A stretch of DNA of 35,825 nt from the NCBI GenBank assembly GCA_017882205.1, contig JADGPY010000035.1:1-35825 (forward strand), read 5' to 3'. The translations under genes and the position numbers were made by a program. Every line of letters begins with the position of its first letter. Within the stretch, counting starts at the first letter, position 1. The DNA is from Chitinophagaceae bacterium. GTDB taxonomy: Bacteria; Bacteroidota; Bacteroidia; Chitinophagales; Chitinophagaceae. Positions 27,922-35,804 of the stretch are shown piece after piece. The notes beneath the pieces are model-generated. The model ran no database searches. It was not told where the DNA came from and worked only from the letters and a program-made list of their open reading frames with translations.

Positions 27922-29024
27922 TTTCCTTTCACCATAAACACGCAATCTTCAATTTTTTGGACCTGGTTAACGCGGTCAAGGCCTTTAACGGTGCCTCTGG
28001 TGGGAAGCTTAATATTCTCATCCTTTTTAATATCTTCTAGTGCCTGGTAGATGTTTTTAGACTTAATGGCAAAAACAACACCATCAGCGTTTGTTTCTTT
28101 ACTGCTGATGATTCCTATCACTTCGCCATTCCTGTTTAATACCGGGCCGCCACTGTTACCTGGGTTAACGGATATGCTGATTTGGTATGAAGTGGTATCA
28201 CCCGAATAACCAGATTTAGCACTTAAATAGCCTTCACCGTAAACAACCTCTTCACGTGGATATCCAAGGGTGAATATTTGCTCTCCCAGTTCTGCAAAGC
28301 TTTTCGGTATAGAATAGGGTAGCACAGCTACTTTTTTGAATGAGGTATCTGTAACTTTTAGAATAGCCAGATCGGTTAATTTGTTCACATATACGGGAAC
28401 AGTTATGAATTGGTCCCCATTTTTATTTTCTATAATCAGGTTTTTGGCATTGTTGATCACATGGGCATTGGTAGCAATATAACCGGCCCCGTCAATTAAA
28501 AAACCTGTTGCCCTGAAAGCTGCCGGGAATTTTGGTTTTGGAGGATGATCATCAGGTTTAATGGTAGCCAAAACTTTTAACCTATCAACATCCCTTTGTG
28601 TTTTTTGGAGCTGATAGCTTAATTCGGTAAGATGCGTATCCTTTTTCTTATCTGAGTAAAGAGATACCAACCCTGCAGTAGCAATCGATACAATTCCTGC
28701 AATAGAAGCCGCCACTGCAATCGTTCTGCGATACCTGTTCCACATGTAAATCACCCTTGCTTTGCCTTTTAATTGTTTTTTCGCAATCACGCCTTCATTC
28801 GCCAGTTTATTTTCTACTTCATCAAGGTTATGCTTATAAGCATGGATATCACCGAGGTTTTCCAATTCCTGGAGGAAGAATGAATGTTCTACTGCCATTT
28901 GATCAATATCAGGGTTGTTTTTCCGAAGTTCTTCAAAAAACTTTTTCTCCTGGGGTGTCATATTCCCACTACGGTAACGTTCAATTGCATCAAGTAATAA
29001 AATATCGTCCATATTATCCTCCAT
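27918..29024 (-). CDS. Membrane-anchored trypsin-like (S1C) serine protease with an anti-sigma-like N-terminal domain
   Basis: Triad motifs TNAHV, DLAILK, GNSGGP; no PDZ domain; single TM (IAVAASIAGIVSIATAGLV) after RYRR; N-terminal IERY..G.M...E...FE. Start 29024 or 29012. Confidence 0.88.
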   Translation of the reverse strand: MEDNMDDILLLDAIERYRSGNMTPQEKKFFEELRKNNPDIDQMAVEHSFFLQELENLGDIHAYKHNLDEVENKLANEGVIAKKQLKGKARVIYMWNRYRRTIAVAASIAGIVSIATAGLVSLYSDKKKDTHLTELSYQLQKTQRDVDRLKVLATIKPDDHPPKPKFPAAFRATGFLIDGAGYIATNAHVINNAKNLIIENKNGDQFITVPVYVNKLTDLAILKVTDTSFKKVAVLPYSIPKSFAELGEQIFTLGYPREEVVYGEGYLSAKSGYSGDTTSYQISISVNPGNSGGPVLNRNGEVIGIISSKETNADGVVFAIKSKNIYQALEDIKKDENIKLPTRGTVKGLDRVNQVQKIEDCVFMVKGN

Positions 29025-29580
29025 TTTTATATTGTGCAAAAAATATCTTTTTCAGCCTGATCAGACATTTATATTTCTGCGTTTTAGCATTATCTGCATT
29101 GGTATAGCCAAAATGTTCCGCAATTTCAGGCATTGTTTTTTTTTGAATGTAATAAGCTTCTAAAAGACTTTTACATGGTTCCCCGATCTTGCTCATCGCA
29201 TCTTCCATCAATAAGAAATCAGCGTTCTTCTTTTCGTGCATTTCAAGTTCTTCCTCTACCGCCACAATTTCTTCCTTCATTTCAATTTGTGGGTTAAACC
29301 GCTGCAACTGTTGTAATCTTTTTAGCCATAACCGGCGGCAGACTGAATACAGGTAAGTTTTTATCTGGCAGGTAAGCTGAAATGATTCCAAACGTGATTT
29401 TTCATATAATACGATCATCGCCTCCTGGAAAATATCCCTTGCATCATCGGGGTATCCATTATTTTTAACTACGAACCCCTGAATTAGACCAAAATTTTGC
29501 CTATAAATCGTTTCAATGGCATTTCTATCATTCTCCGCCAGACCCCTTAATAATTCCTGCTCCTGGTTAGATGTATGCAC
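29014..29580 (-). CDS. ECF (sigma-70 group 4) RNA polymerase sigma factor
   Basis: Region 2 DARDIFQEA...TYLY; region 4 C..LL..YY.....M.EIAE..GY; 188 aa; GTG start. Confidence 0.93.
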   Translation of the reverse strand: MHTSNQEQELLRGLAENDRNAIETIYRQNFGLIQGFVVKNNGYPDDARDIFQEAMIVLYEKSRLESFQLTCQIKTYLYSVCRRLWLKRLQQLQRFNPQIEMKEEIVAVEEELEMHEKKNADFLLMEDAMSKIGEPCKSLLEAYYIQKKTMPEIAEHFGYTNADNAKTQKYKCLIRLKKIFFAQYKNGG

Positions 29581-29589
29581 TTGGCTGTT

Positions 29590-29619
29590 ATTAATACAAA
29601 TAGGTGTGAAAAGTAACCC
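29590..29619 (-). promoter_or_regulatory. Candidate ECF promoter GGGTTAC-N15-GTATTAAT facing the sigma gene
   Basis: - strand GGGTTAC TTTTCACACCTATTT GTATTAAT, ending 9 nt before the GTG. Confidence 0.65.
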
Positions 29620-29650
29620 AAAGAAACGTAAAAAAATAGTGTAAAGAGTA

Positions 29651-29680
29651 GGGTTACCTTTTAATAACTATGGTATTAAT
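29651..29680 (+). promoter_or_regulatory. Candidate ECF promoter GGGTTAC-N15-GTATTAAT facing the small lipoprotein
   Basis: + strand GGGTTAC CTTTTAATAACTATG GTATTAAT, 30 nt before ATG 29711. Confidence 0.65.
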
Positions 29681-29710
29681 CATAACATTCACAATTTTAA
29701 CTCTCCAAAA

Positions 29711-29914
29711 ATGAAAAAACTATTGGTTTCTTTAATTGTTATTACTGTTCTGGCAGCATGTGGAGATAATTCCACCTCCTCGACAGAAGTTAAAAAAGAT
29801 TCTATAAGTACTGGTACTAGTGTAGATACATCAAAAATGAGGGATATGAGTACCGATACCTCTATGCATAAAATGGATAGTTCCATGAATAAGATGGATA
29901 CTAGTCATAAATAA
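29711..29914 (+). CDS. Small low-complexity lipoprotein (Ser/Thr/Asp/Met-rich)
   Basis: MKK + hydrophobic core + LAAC lipobox; A-rich start; followed by a terminator. Confidence 0.85.
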   Translation: MKKLLVSLIVITVLAACGDNSTSSTEVKKDSISTGTSVDTSKMRDMSTDTSMHKMDSSMNKMDTSHK

Positions 29915-29975
29915 TCATCTGCGGGGAGCTAACGATGAATTTTACCGAAAGGTTGAAGGTGTTGGCAAGCAATCG

Positions 29976-30007
29976 AAAAGCCGTTCAGAAGAAGAACGGC
30001 TTTTTTT
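29976..30007 (+). terminator. Rho-independent terminator after the lipoprotein gene
   Basis: AAAAGCCGTTC-agaagaa-GAACGGCTTTTTTT. Confidence 0.88.
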
Positions 30008-30032
30008 ATTTCAAAATCTGAATGAGACTTCG

Positions 30033-30040
30033 TATTTTTA
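30033..30040 (+). promoter_or_regulatory. Variant -7 box (TATTTTTA) for the aro leader
   Basis: One mismatch to TAnnTTTG, 19 nt upstream of the leader ATG at 30060. Confidence 0.5.
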
Positions 30041-30059
30041 CCACATGTTGATAACAAAA

Positions 30060-30101
30060 ATGAGTACCTGGTTTTACTTTTATTACTACCATAAACCGTA
30101 G
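30060..30101 (+). CDS. Aromatic attenuator leader peptide MSTWFYFYYYHKP
   Basis: ATG AGT ACC TGG TTT TAC TTT TAT TAC TAC CAT AAA CCG TAG; A-rich start context; an alternative in-frame ATG lies at 30045. Confidence 0.85.
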   Translation: MSTWFYFYYYHKP

Positions 30102-30134
30102 CCAGGAAACTTTTATATAAAATATACACAAAAA

Positions 30135-30166
30135 GGATCCCGGCTTAAACCGGGATTTATTTTTTT
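30135..30166 (+). terminator. Attenuator terminator upstream of the aro operon
   Basis: GGATCCCGG-cttaaa-CCGGGATTT-ATTTTTTT, ending 14 nt before ATG 30181. Confidence 0.85.
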
Positions 30167-30180
30167 AACAAAGTCTGACA

Positions 30181-31344
30181 ATGGAACCAGCAAGACGATT
30201 AAATGGGATAGACGAATATTACTTCTCGAAAAAGCTTCGCCAGATTGAAGAATTGAATCAGGCAGGCAGGGATGTGATTAATCTTGGAATTGGGAGCCCT
30301 GATCTGCCGCCACATTCCTCTGTAATTGAAACTTTATATGCAGAAGCCCTGAAACCTGGCCAACATGCCTACCAAAGCTATAAGGGCCACCTAATCTTAC
30401 GAAATGCCATTGCCAGTTGGTATAAGCAATGTTATGGTGTTTCACTTGATCCGGGTACGGAGATATTACCCCTCATCGGAAGCAAGGAAGGGATAATGCA
30501 TATCTGCATGACCTTTCTAAATGAGGGAGACGAGGTATTGATCCCCAATCCAGGTTATCCTACCTATAGAAGTGTAGCCGCAATAGCTGGTGCAGCTTGT
30601 ATTGACTATGCATTATCTGAAAAAAGCGGATGGTTACCCGATTTTAATGCCCTCGGGAGCATGGATCTTAAGAAAGTGAAGCTGATGTTTGTTAATTATC
30701 CGCATATGCCAACCGGGCAGTTACCTACTAAACAAGTATTTATTGATTTTGTTGCCTTTGCAAGAAAACACCAGATACTTATCGTGCATGATAATCCTTA
30801 TAGTTTTATATTGAATGATTCCCCAATGAGCATGCTATCCGTAGAGGGGGCAAAGGATGTTGTTATTGAACTAAATTCCCTGAGTAAAAGCCACAATATG
30901 GCTGGATGGAGGGTAGGGATGTTAGTAGGAAGGAGCGAGCTTATTTCTCAAATAATGCGCTTTAAAAGTAATATGGACAGCGGAATGTTCCTGCCAGTCC
31001 AGTTAGCAGCGGCAAAAGCCCTGGAATTAGGTTCAAGCTGGTTCCATGATCTAAATGAAATATATAAAGCAAGAAGGTTGAAAATGTTTGACCTTCTACA
31101 GACGTTGAATTGCACATTTGATACAGAACAGGCCGGGATGTTTGTATGGGCTAAAATTTCTTCCGAGAACCAGAACAGCTATGAATTTAGTGATGAAATA
31201 CTTGAGAAATCAAATGTGTTCCTCACCCCCGGAAGTATATTTGGAAGTGAAGGTGAGCAATATATCAGGGCAAGTTTATGCACAAAAGAAGATAGGATTG
31301 TGGGAGCGCATGGAAGAATTTCAGCAATGGGCAATAGAAAATAA
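30181..31344 (+). CDS. Class I/II PLP-dependent aminotransferase (probably aromatic/prephenate)
   Basis: INLGIGSPD, GSKEG, NYP.MPTG, HDNPY, NSLSKS.NMAGWR.G; first gene of the aro operon. Confidence 0.9.
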   Translation: MEPARRLNGIDEYYFSKKLRQIEELNQAGRDVINLGIGSPDLPPHSSVIETLYAEALKPGQHAYQSYKGHLILRNAIASWYKQCYGVSLDPGTEILPLIGSKEGIMHICMTFLNEGDEVLIPNPGYPTYRSVAAIAGAACIDYALSEKSGWLPDFNALGSMDLKKVKLMFVNYPHMPTGQLPTKQVFIDFVAFARKHQILIVHDNPYSFILNDSPMSMLSVEGAKDVVIELNSLSKSHNMAGWRVGMLVGRSELISQIMRFKSNMDSGMFLPVQLAAAKALELGSSWFHDLNEIYKARRLKMFDLLQTLNCTFDTEQAGMFVWAKISSENQNSYEFSDEILEKSNVFLTPGSIFGSEGEQYIRASLCTKEDRIVGAHGRISAMGNRK

Positions 31345-31377
31345 ATAAACAATAAGCAATAGGCAATTGACAATAAT
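31325..31377 (+). repeat. CAATnnn heptamer tandem repeat
   Basis: caatggg caataga aaataaa (taaa) caataag caatagg caattga caataat, spanning the aminotransferase stop. Confidence 0.7.
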
Positions 31378-31397
31378 CATCCATAAATAATCAAGCA

Positions 31398-32273
31398 TTG
31401 AAAGATAATCCAGTTGTTGTAGCCATTATTGGCGTTGGTTTGATCGGTGGTTCATTGGCACTGGCATTAAGGCAAAATCGATTTTCAAGGAAAACTATTG
31501 GAGTAGATTCAAACTTATTGCATCAGCAACAGGCCATGAATTTAGGACTCGTGGATGAGATCAACGAATTGGATGCTGCAGTGAAATCTGCAGACATCAT
31601 TATTCTTGCGGTTCCCGTAAATACTGCTGATGCATTGATAAAAAAAGTATTGGAATTGGTTGATCAACAGGTTGTTATTGATGTTGGTTCAACAAAGACG
31701 TCGATTTGTAAAAATGCCAATTTAAGTAACAAAAGAGGAAGGTTTGTAGCCACCCATCCAATGTGGGGTACAGAGTTTAGTGGACCAACTGCTGCAGTTG
31801 AGGGAGCTTTTAAGGAGAAAGCAGTATTGATTTGTAATAAAGAAGAAAGCGATGCAGATGCATTAATGATTACTGAGAAAATGTATAAAAGTCTTGGAAT
31901 GCACCTGCTGTATATGGATGCAGGGGCTCATGATCTTCATGCAGCATATGTGAGTCATATTTCCCATATTTCTTCGTTTGCCTTGGCGAATACTGTTCTG
32001 GAAAAGGAAAAGGAAGAAAATGCCATTTTTGAAATGGCAAGCGCAGGTTTCGAAAGCACAGTGAGGTTGGCAAAAAGCAATGCGTCAATGTGGCTTCCGA
32101 TTTTCCAGCAAAATCGTGAAAATGTTCTGGATGTACTGAATGAACATATTTCTCAACTGAGGAAATTTAAAAGTTGCCTGGAAAAAGAAAATTATGAATA
32201 CTTATTAGAGCTAATAACCCATGCAAATGATATAAAAAAGGTGTTGGAGCCATCTAAAGCATTAATAGAATAA
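31398..32273 (+). CDS. tyrA: Prephenate dehydrogenase
   Basis: G.GLIGGS Rossmann motif, DVGSTK, HPM.G.E, HD...AYVSH..H, GF.ST.RLA; TTG start. Confidence 0.93.
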   Translation: MKDNPVVVAIIGVGLIGGSLALALRQNRFSRKTIGVDSNLLHQQQAMNLGLVDEINELDAAVKSADIIILAVPVNTADALIKKVLELVDQQVVIDVGSTKTSICKNANLSNKRGRFVATHPMWGTEFSGPTAAVEGAFKEKAVLICNKEESDADALMITEKMYKSLGMHLLYMDAGAHDLHAAYVSHISHISSFALANTVLEKEKEENAIFEMASAGFESTVRLAKSNASMWLPIFQQNRENVLDVLNEHISQLRKFKSCLEKENYEYLLELITHANDIKKVLEPSKALIE

Positions 32274-32383
32274 TAAACGAAAGTCAATTAAGGAGTTCAA
32301 TAAACAATATGCAAAATGAAACAAGCGACCAGCACGGAAATGCCAAAAGGGGAAAGATAATATTCACATAAAGAATTTGAATC

Positions 32384-33508
32384 ATGGATTTAGAAATACC
32401 AGTAATAATTAATAATAAACAACAAACAAGTGATATGAATGGCCTAATACAAGAAAAATGGAATAAACGTCCGCTAATAATTAGCGGCCCCTGTAGCGCA
32501 GAAACCGAAGAACAAGTGCTGGCAACAGCAACCGCCCTTGCCGATACAGGAAAGGTTGATGTATTGCGTGCCGGTATCTGGAAACCGCGAACTAAACCAG
32601 GAATGTTCGAAGGGATAGGCACTAAAGGGCTTCCATGGTTGCTTCAGGCTAAGAAAAAAACAGGGTTACCTATTACGGTTGAAGTGGCTACAGCAAAGCA
32701 TGTAGAGGATGCATTGCAGTTTGAGGTTGACATACTATGGATAGGTGCAAGGACAACTGTTAACCCATTTAGCGTACAGGAAGTGGCTGATGCGCTACGT
32801 GGAGTAAATATTCCTGTTCTGATAAAGAATCCAATTCATCCTGACCTTGAATTATGGTGTGGCGGAATTGAGCGGTTACAGAAAGTGGGTGTAAAGCAAA
32901 TTGGAATGATACATAGGGGATTTTCCAATTATGGTAACATGGAGTACCGCAATGCTCCCATGTGGCATTTACCAATTGAAATGAAACGCAGGTTTCCTGA
33001 AATGCTACTCATTTGTGATCCATCGCATATCTGTGGCAACCGCACAAACTTATCAGCAGTTGCCCAAAAAAGCATTGACCTGGATTTTGGAGGATTAATG
33101 ATCGAGAGTCATATTGATCCTGCCAATGCATGGAGCGACGCAGCCCAACAGGTAACTCCACATCGATTGGCTGAATTATTGGGTGAATTGATTTGGCGTT
33201 CAGAACATACGGATGCAAAAGAATTTATATCGGCATTGGCTACCTTACGTGAACAAATCAATCACATTGATGACGAATTGCTTGCGTTGATCGGCCAAAG
33301 AATGAAAGTGGCGGACAAGATCGGTGAATTCAAAAAAAGCAATAACATCACTATCTTACAAACCCATCGTTGGAACGATATCCTGGAAAGAGCATTCAAA
33401 AAGGGTGAACACCTGGGGCTAAGCAAAGAGTTTATTACCAAATATTTTGATGCGGTGCACCTTGAAAGTATCAATCATCAGAACAAGATCATGAACGACG
33501 ATTTATAA
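32384..33508 (+). CDS. Bifunctional DAHP synthase (type I-beta) / C-terminal chorismate mutase
   Basis: ISGPCSAE, RAGIWKPRT, WIGART, KNP, HRGF, DPSH, MIESH, SDAAQQ; C-terminal LR.QI..ID..L..L...RM. True start may be 32435. Confidence 0.93.
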   Translation: MDLEIPVIINNKQQTSDMNGLIQEKWNKRPLIISGPCSAETEEQVLATATALADTGKVDVLRAGIWKPRTKPGMFEGIGTKGLPWLLQAKKKTGLPITVEVATAKHVEDALQFEVDILWIGARTTVNPFSVQEVADALRGVNIPVLIKNPIHPDLELWCGGIERLQKVGVKQIGMIHRGFSNYGNMEYRNAPMWHLPIEMKRRFPEMLLICDPSHICGNRTNLSAVAQKSIDLDFGGLMIESHIDPANAWSDAAQQVTPHRLAELLGELIWRSEHTDAKEFISALATLREQINHIDDELLALIGQRMKVADKIGEFKKSNNITILQTHRWNDILERAFKKGEHLGLSKEFITKYFDAVHLESINHQNKIMNDDL

Positions 33509-34536
33509 TGCAAAAGGTTGAATATATTTTTCAGGATAAAATTGTAAGCTGCTTCTTTGATGCTGATTTTTCAGTTATAGAAAAATTAGTGCCTAAGGTT
33601 GCAACAGTATATCTTACTGATGAAAATATTCATCAGCTTCATTCCGAAAAATTTAATGATAAGAAGGTCATTGTAGTACCGGCTGGCGAAAAATTTAAAC
33701 AACAATCCACAGTTGATAATGTAATTGATCAATTGATTCAATTAGAAGCAGATCGGGAAACAATTCTAATTGGCGTTGGAGGTGGGGTAGTTACAGATAT
33801 GACCGGCTATATAGCCTCTTTATATATGAGGGGAATTAAATGCTGCCTGGTTCCAACAACTATACTTGCCATGGTAGATGCATGCATTGGGGGTAAGAAC
33901 GGGGTTGATGTTGGAATATATAAAAACATGGTAGGCACGGTTAAACAGCCTGAATTTTTATTGTATGATTATTCATTCCTAAAAACATTACCGACTGAGG
34001 AATGGATCAATGGATTTGCAGAAATAATAAAACACGCCTGTATAAAAGATGCTGATCTGTTTGCAGAACTCGAAAACAGTTCTCTTGAAGAATTTAAAAT
34101 ATCAGCGCTAAAGATGGATAGGCTTATTCAGCGAAATGTGCAGATAAAATACCAGGTAGTTTCTGCAGATCCACTTGAACAGGGTGAACGAAGGCTTCTT
34201 AATTTCGGACATACGTTGGGTCATGCAATAGAGAATATGTATGCTCTACCTCATGGGCATGCGATAAGTATTGGGATGGCAGCAGCATCAACCATTTCTA
34301 TCAGCCTTAATAATTTTAGTTTGGAAGAAAGGGAAAGAGTTCTCAATCTTTTAAATAAGTATCATTTGCCCTTTGACCTGGAATTGGACATTCAAAAAGT
34401 TTGGCAAATTATATTGCGCGATAAAAAGCGTTCAGGAAAAGACATGAAGTTTATTTTATTAAATAAGATCGGGGATGGGGTCGTATTTCCAATTCCTCTT
34501 ATACAACTTGGGAATATCCTCAACGAACTATTTTGA
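33508..34536 (+). CDS. aroB: 3-dehydroquinate synthase
   Basis: GGGVV.D..G, PTT.LAMVDA.IGGK.G, G.AEIIK, LNFGHTLGHAIE, HG.AI, DKK. Confidence 0.96.
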   Translation: MQKVEYIFQDKIVSCFFDADFSVIEKLVPKVATVYLTDENIHQLHSEKFNDKKVIVVPAGEKFKQQSTVDNVIDQLIQLEADRETILIGVGGGVVTDMTGYIASLYMRGIKCCLVPTTILAMVDACIGGKNGVDVGIYKNMVGTVKQPEFLLYDYSFLKTLPTEEWINGFAEIIKHACIKDADLFAELENSSLEEFKISALKMDRLIQRNVQIKYQVVSADPLEQGERRLLNFGHTLGHAIENMYALPHGHAISIGMAAASTISISLNNFSLEERERVLNLLNKYHLPFDLELDIQKVWQIILRDKKRSGKDMKFILLNKIGDGVVFPIPLIQLGNILNELF

Positions 34537-35804
34537 AAGTCACCATTCATCCATCAAACATATCCGGCAATATATACGCACCTGCCTCAAAAAGTTCGAT
34601 GCAGAGATTATGCGCAGCCGCACTGCTTAACCATGGTGAAACAATTATTCAAAACCCTGGTAAAAGCAATGATGATCTTGCTTCCATGGATGTTATTCAA
34701 AAATTAGGGGCAGAGTTGAATTGGAATGGTACTGATATTGTAATTCATTCTAAAGGTGTTAATCCTACATCTGATGAGCTCAACTGCGGGGAGAGTGGAT
34801 TGGGGTTAAGAATGTTTGGTCCGATAGCAGCTTTGAGTACTAACCCAATAACACTGAAAGGAGAGGGGACTCTTAATATTCGGCCAATGCATTTTTTTGA
34901 TAAGGTATTCCCACAATTAGGAATTAAGGTTTCCTCCAATAATGGAAAATTACCCATTAGAATCCAGGGTCCTTTGCAGCCAGGATCAATTAAGATCGAT
35001 GGTTCACTTAGCTCGCAATTTCTTACCGGGATCTTATTTGCCTTTGCAAATGCATGTAAGAGGAGGGTGCAAATTGAGGTAGTGGATCTTGCGAGCAAAC
35101 CCTATATTGATCTGACACTAGAGGTTTTACATTTATTTGGTTATGATATCGTGCATAATGATTACCGGGAGTTTATCATTAATCCAGTAACTAATAATAA
35201 CCGGCAGCGTACAGTAAGAGTGGAAGGAGACTGGAGTGGTGCTGCTTTTTTGCTTGTAGCAGCAGCCATTGCCGGAAATGCTACTATTGAAGGATTAAGA
35301 ATGAATTCAACACAGGCAGATAAGTCAATTATTGAAGCATTGGTTCAGGCACATGTCCAATTTACAGATGATCTGGGTGGAATTCATGTCGTTAAAAGTA
35401 ATCTTCAGGCCTTTGAATTTGATGCTACCGATTGTCCTGATCTTTTTCCTCCGTTGGTGGCCCTGGCTTCATATTGCAAGGGAGTAACGAAGATCAAAGG
35501 GGTATTGCGTTTAAAGCATAAAGAAAGCGATAGATCGGTGGCTCTTCAAAGAGAATTTGGAAAGATGGGTATGACTATTGAGTTAAACGATGATGAAATG
35601 CTCATTTACGGTGGTTCTGGCATATCTGGTGCCACGGTTCATTCTCATCATGATCATCGGATTGCAATGGCTTGTTCCGTAGCAGCATTGGGGGCTAATG
35701 GCAGCACAACCATCCAAGACGCGGTGGCTATTAATAAATCTTATCCGGATTTTTATAACCATTTGAATCAATTAGGGGTGGGTTTGAAATTTGATCAGCT
35801 CTGA
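34533..35804 (+). CDS. aroA: EPSP synthase
   Basis: SKS..QR, GESG...R, SSQF.TG, S.PYI.LT, EGDWS.AAF, LK.KESDR, DHRIAM, KSYP.F; TTG start overlapping the aroB stop. Confidence 0.96.
   Translation: MKVTIHPSNISGNIYAPASKSSMQRLCAAALLNHGETIIQNPGKSNDDLASMDVIQKLGAELNWNGTDIVIHSKGVNPTSDELNCGESGLGLRMFGPIAALSTNPITLKGEGTLNIRPMHFFDKVFPQLGIKVSSNNGKLPIRIQGPLQPGSIKIDGSLSSQFLTGILFAFANACKRRVQIEVVDLASKPYIDLTLEVLHLFGYDIVHNDYREFIINPVTNNNRQRTVRVEGDWSGAAFLLVAAAIAGNATIEGLRMNSTQADKSIIEALVQAHVQFTDDLGGIHVVKSNLQAFEFDATDCPDLFPPLVALASYCKGVTKIKGVLRLKHKESDRSVALQREFGKMGMTIELNDDEMLIYGGSGISGATVHSHHDHRIAMACSVAALGANGSTTIQDAVAINKSYPDFYNHLNQLGVGLKFDQL

Noticed and set aside
29018-29022. GGAGG Shine-Dalgarno-like sequence 5 nt before ATG 29012 of the protease gene
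   Set aside because: It is explained by the sigma factor's terminal Gly-Gly codons, and Bacteroidota generally do not use SD pairing. It cannot be distinguished from chance.
29929-30129. 66-aa minus-strand ORF over the aro leader region
   Set aside because: It is antisense to a terminator, promoter and attenuator that fully explain the sequence.
32309-32371. 20-codon ORF MQNETSDQHGNAKRGKIIFT between tyrA and DAHP synthase as a second leader peptide
   Set aside because: It has only one aromatic codon and no terminator hairpin follows.
120-35771. The many 60-160 aa ORFs overlapping larger genes (for example 5240-5725, 3802-4059, 28757-29107, 32284-32622, 29689-29886)
   Set aside because: They are antisense or alternate-frame shadows of well-supported genes and have no recognisable motifs.
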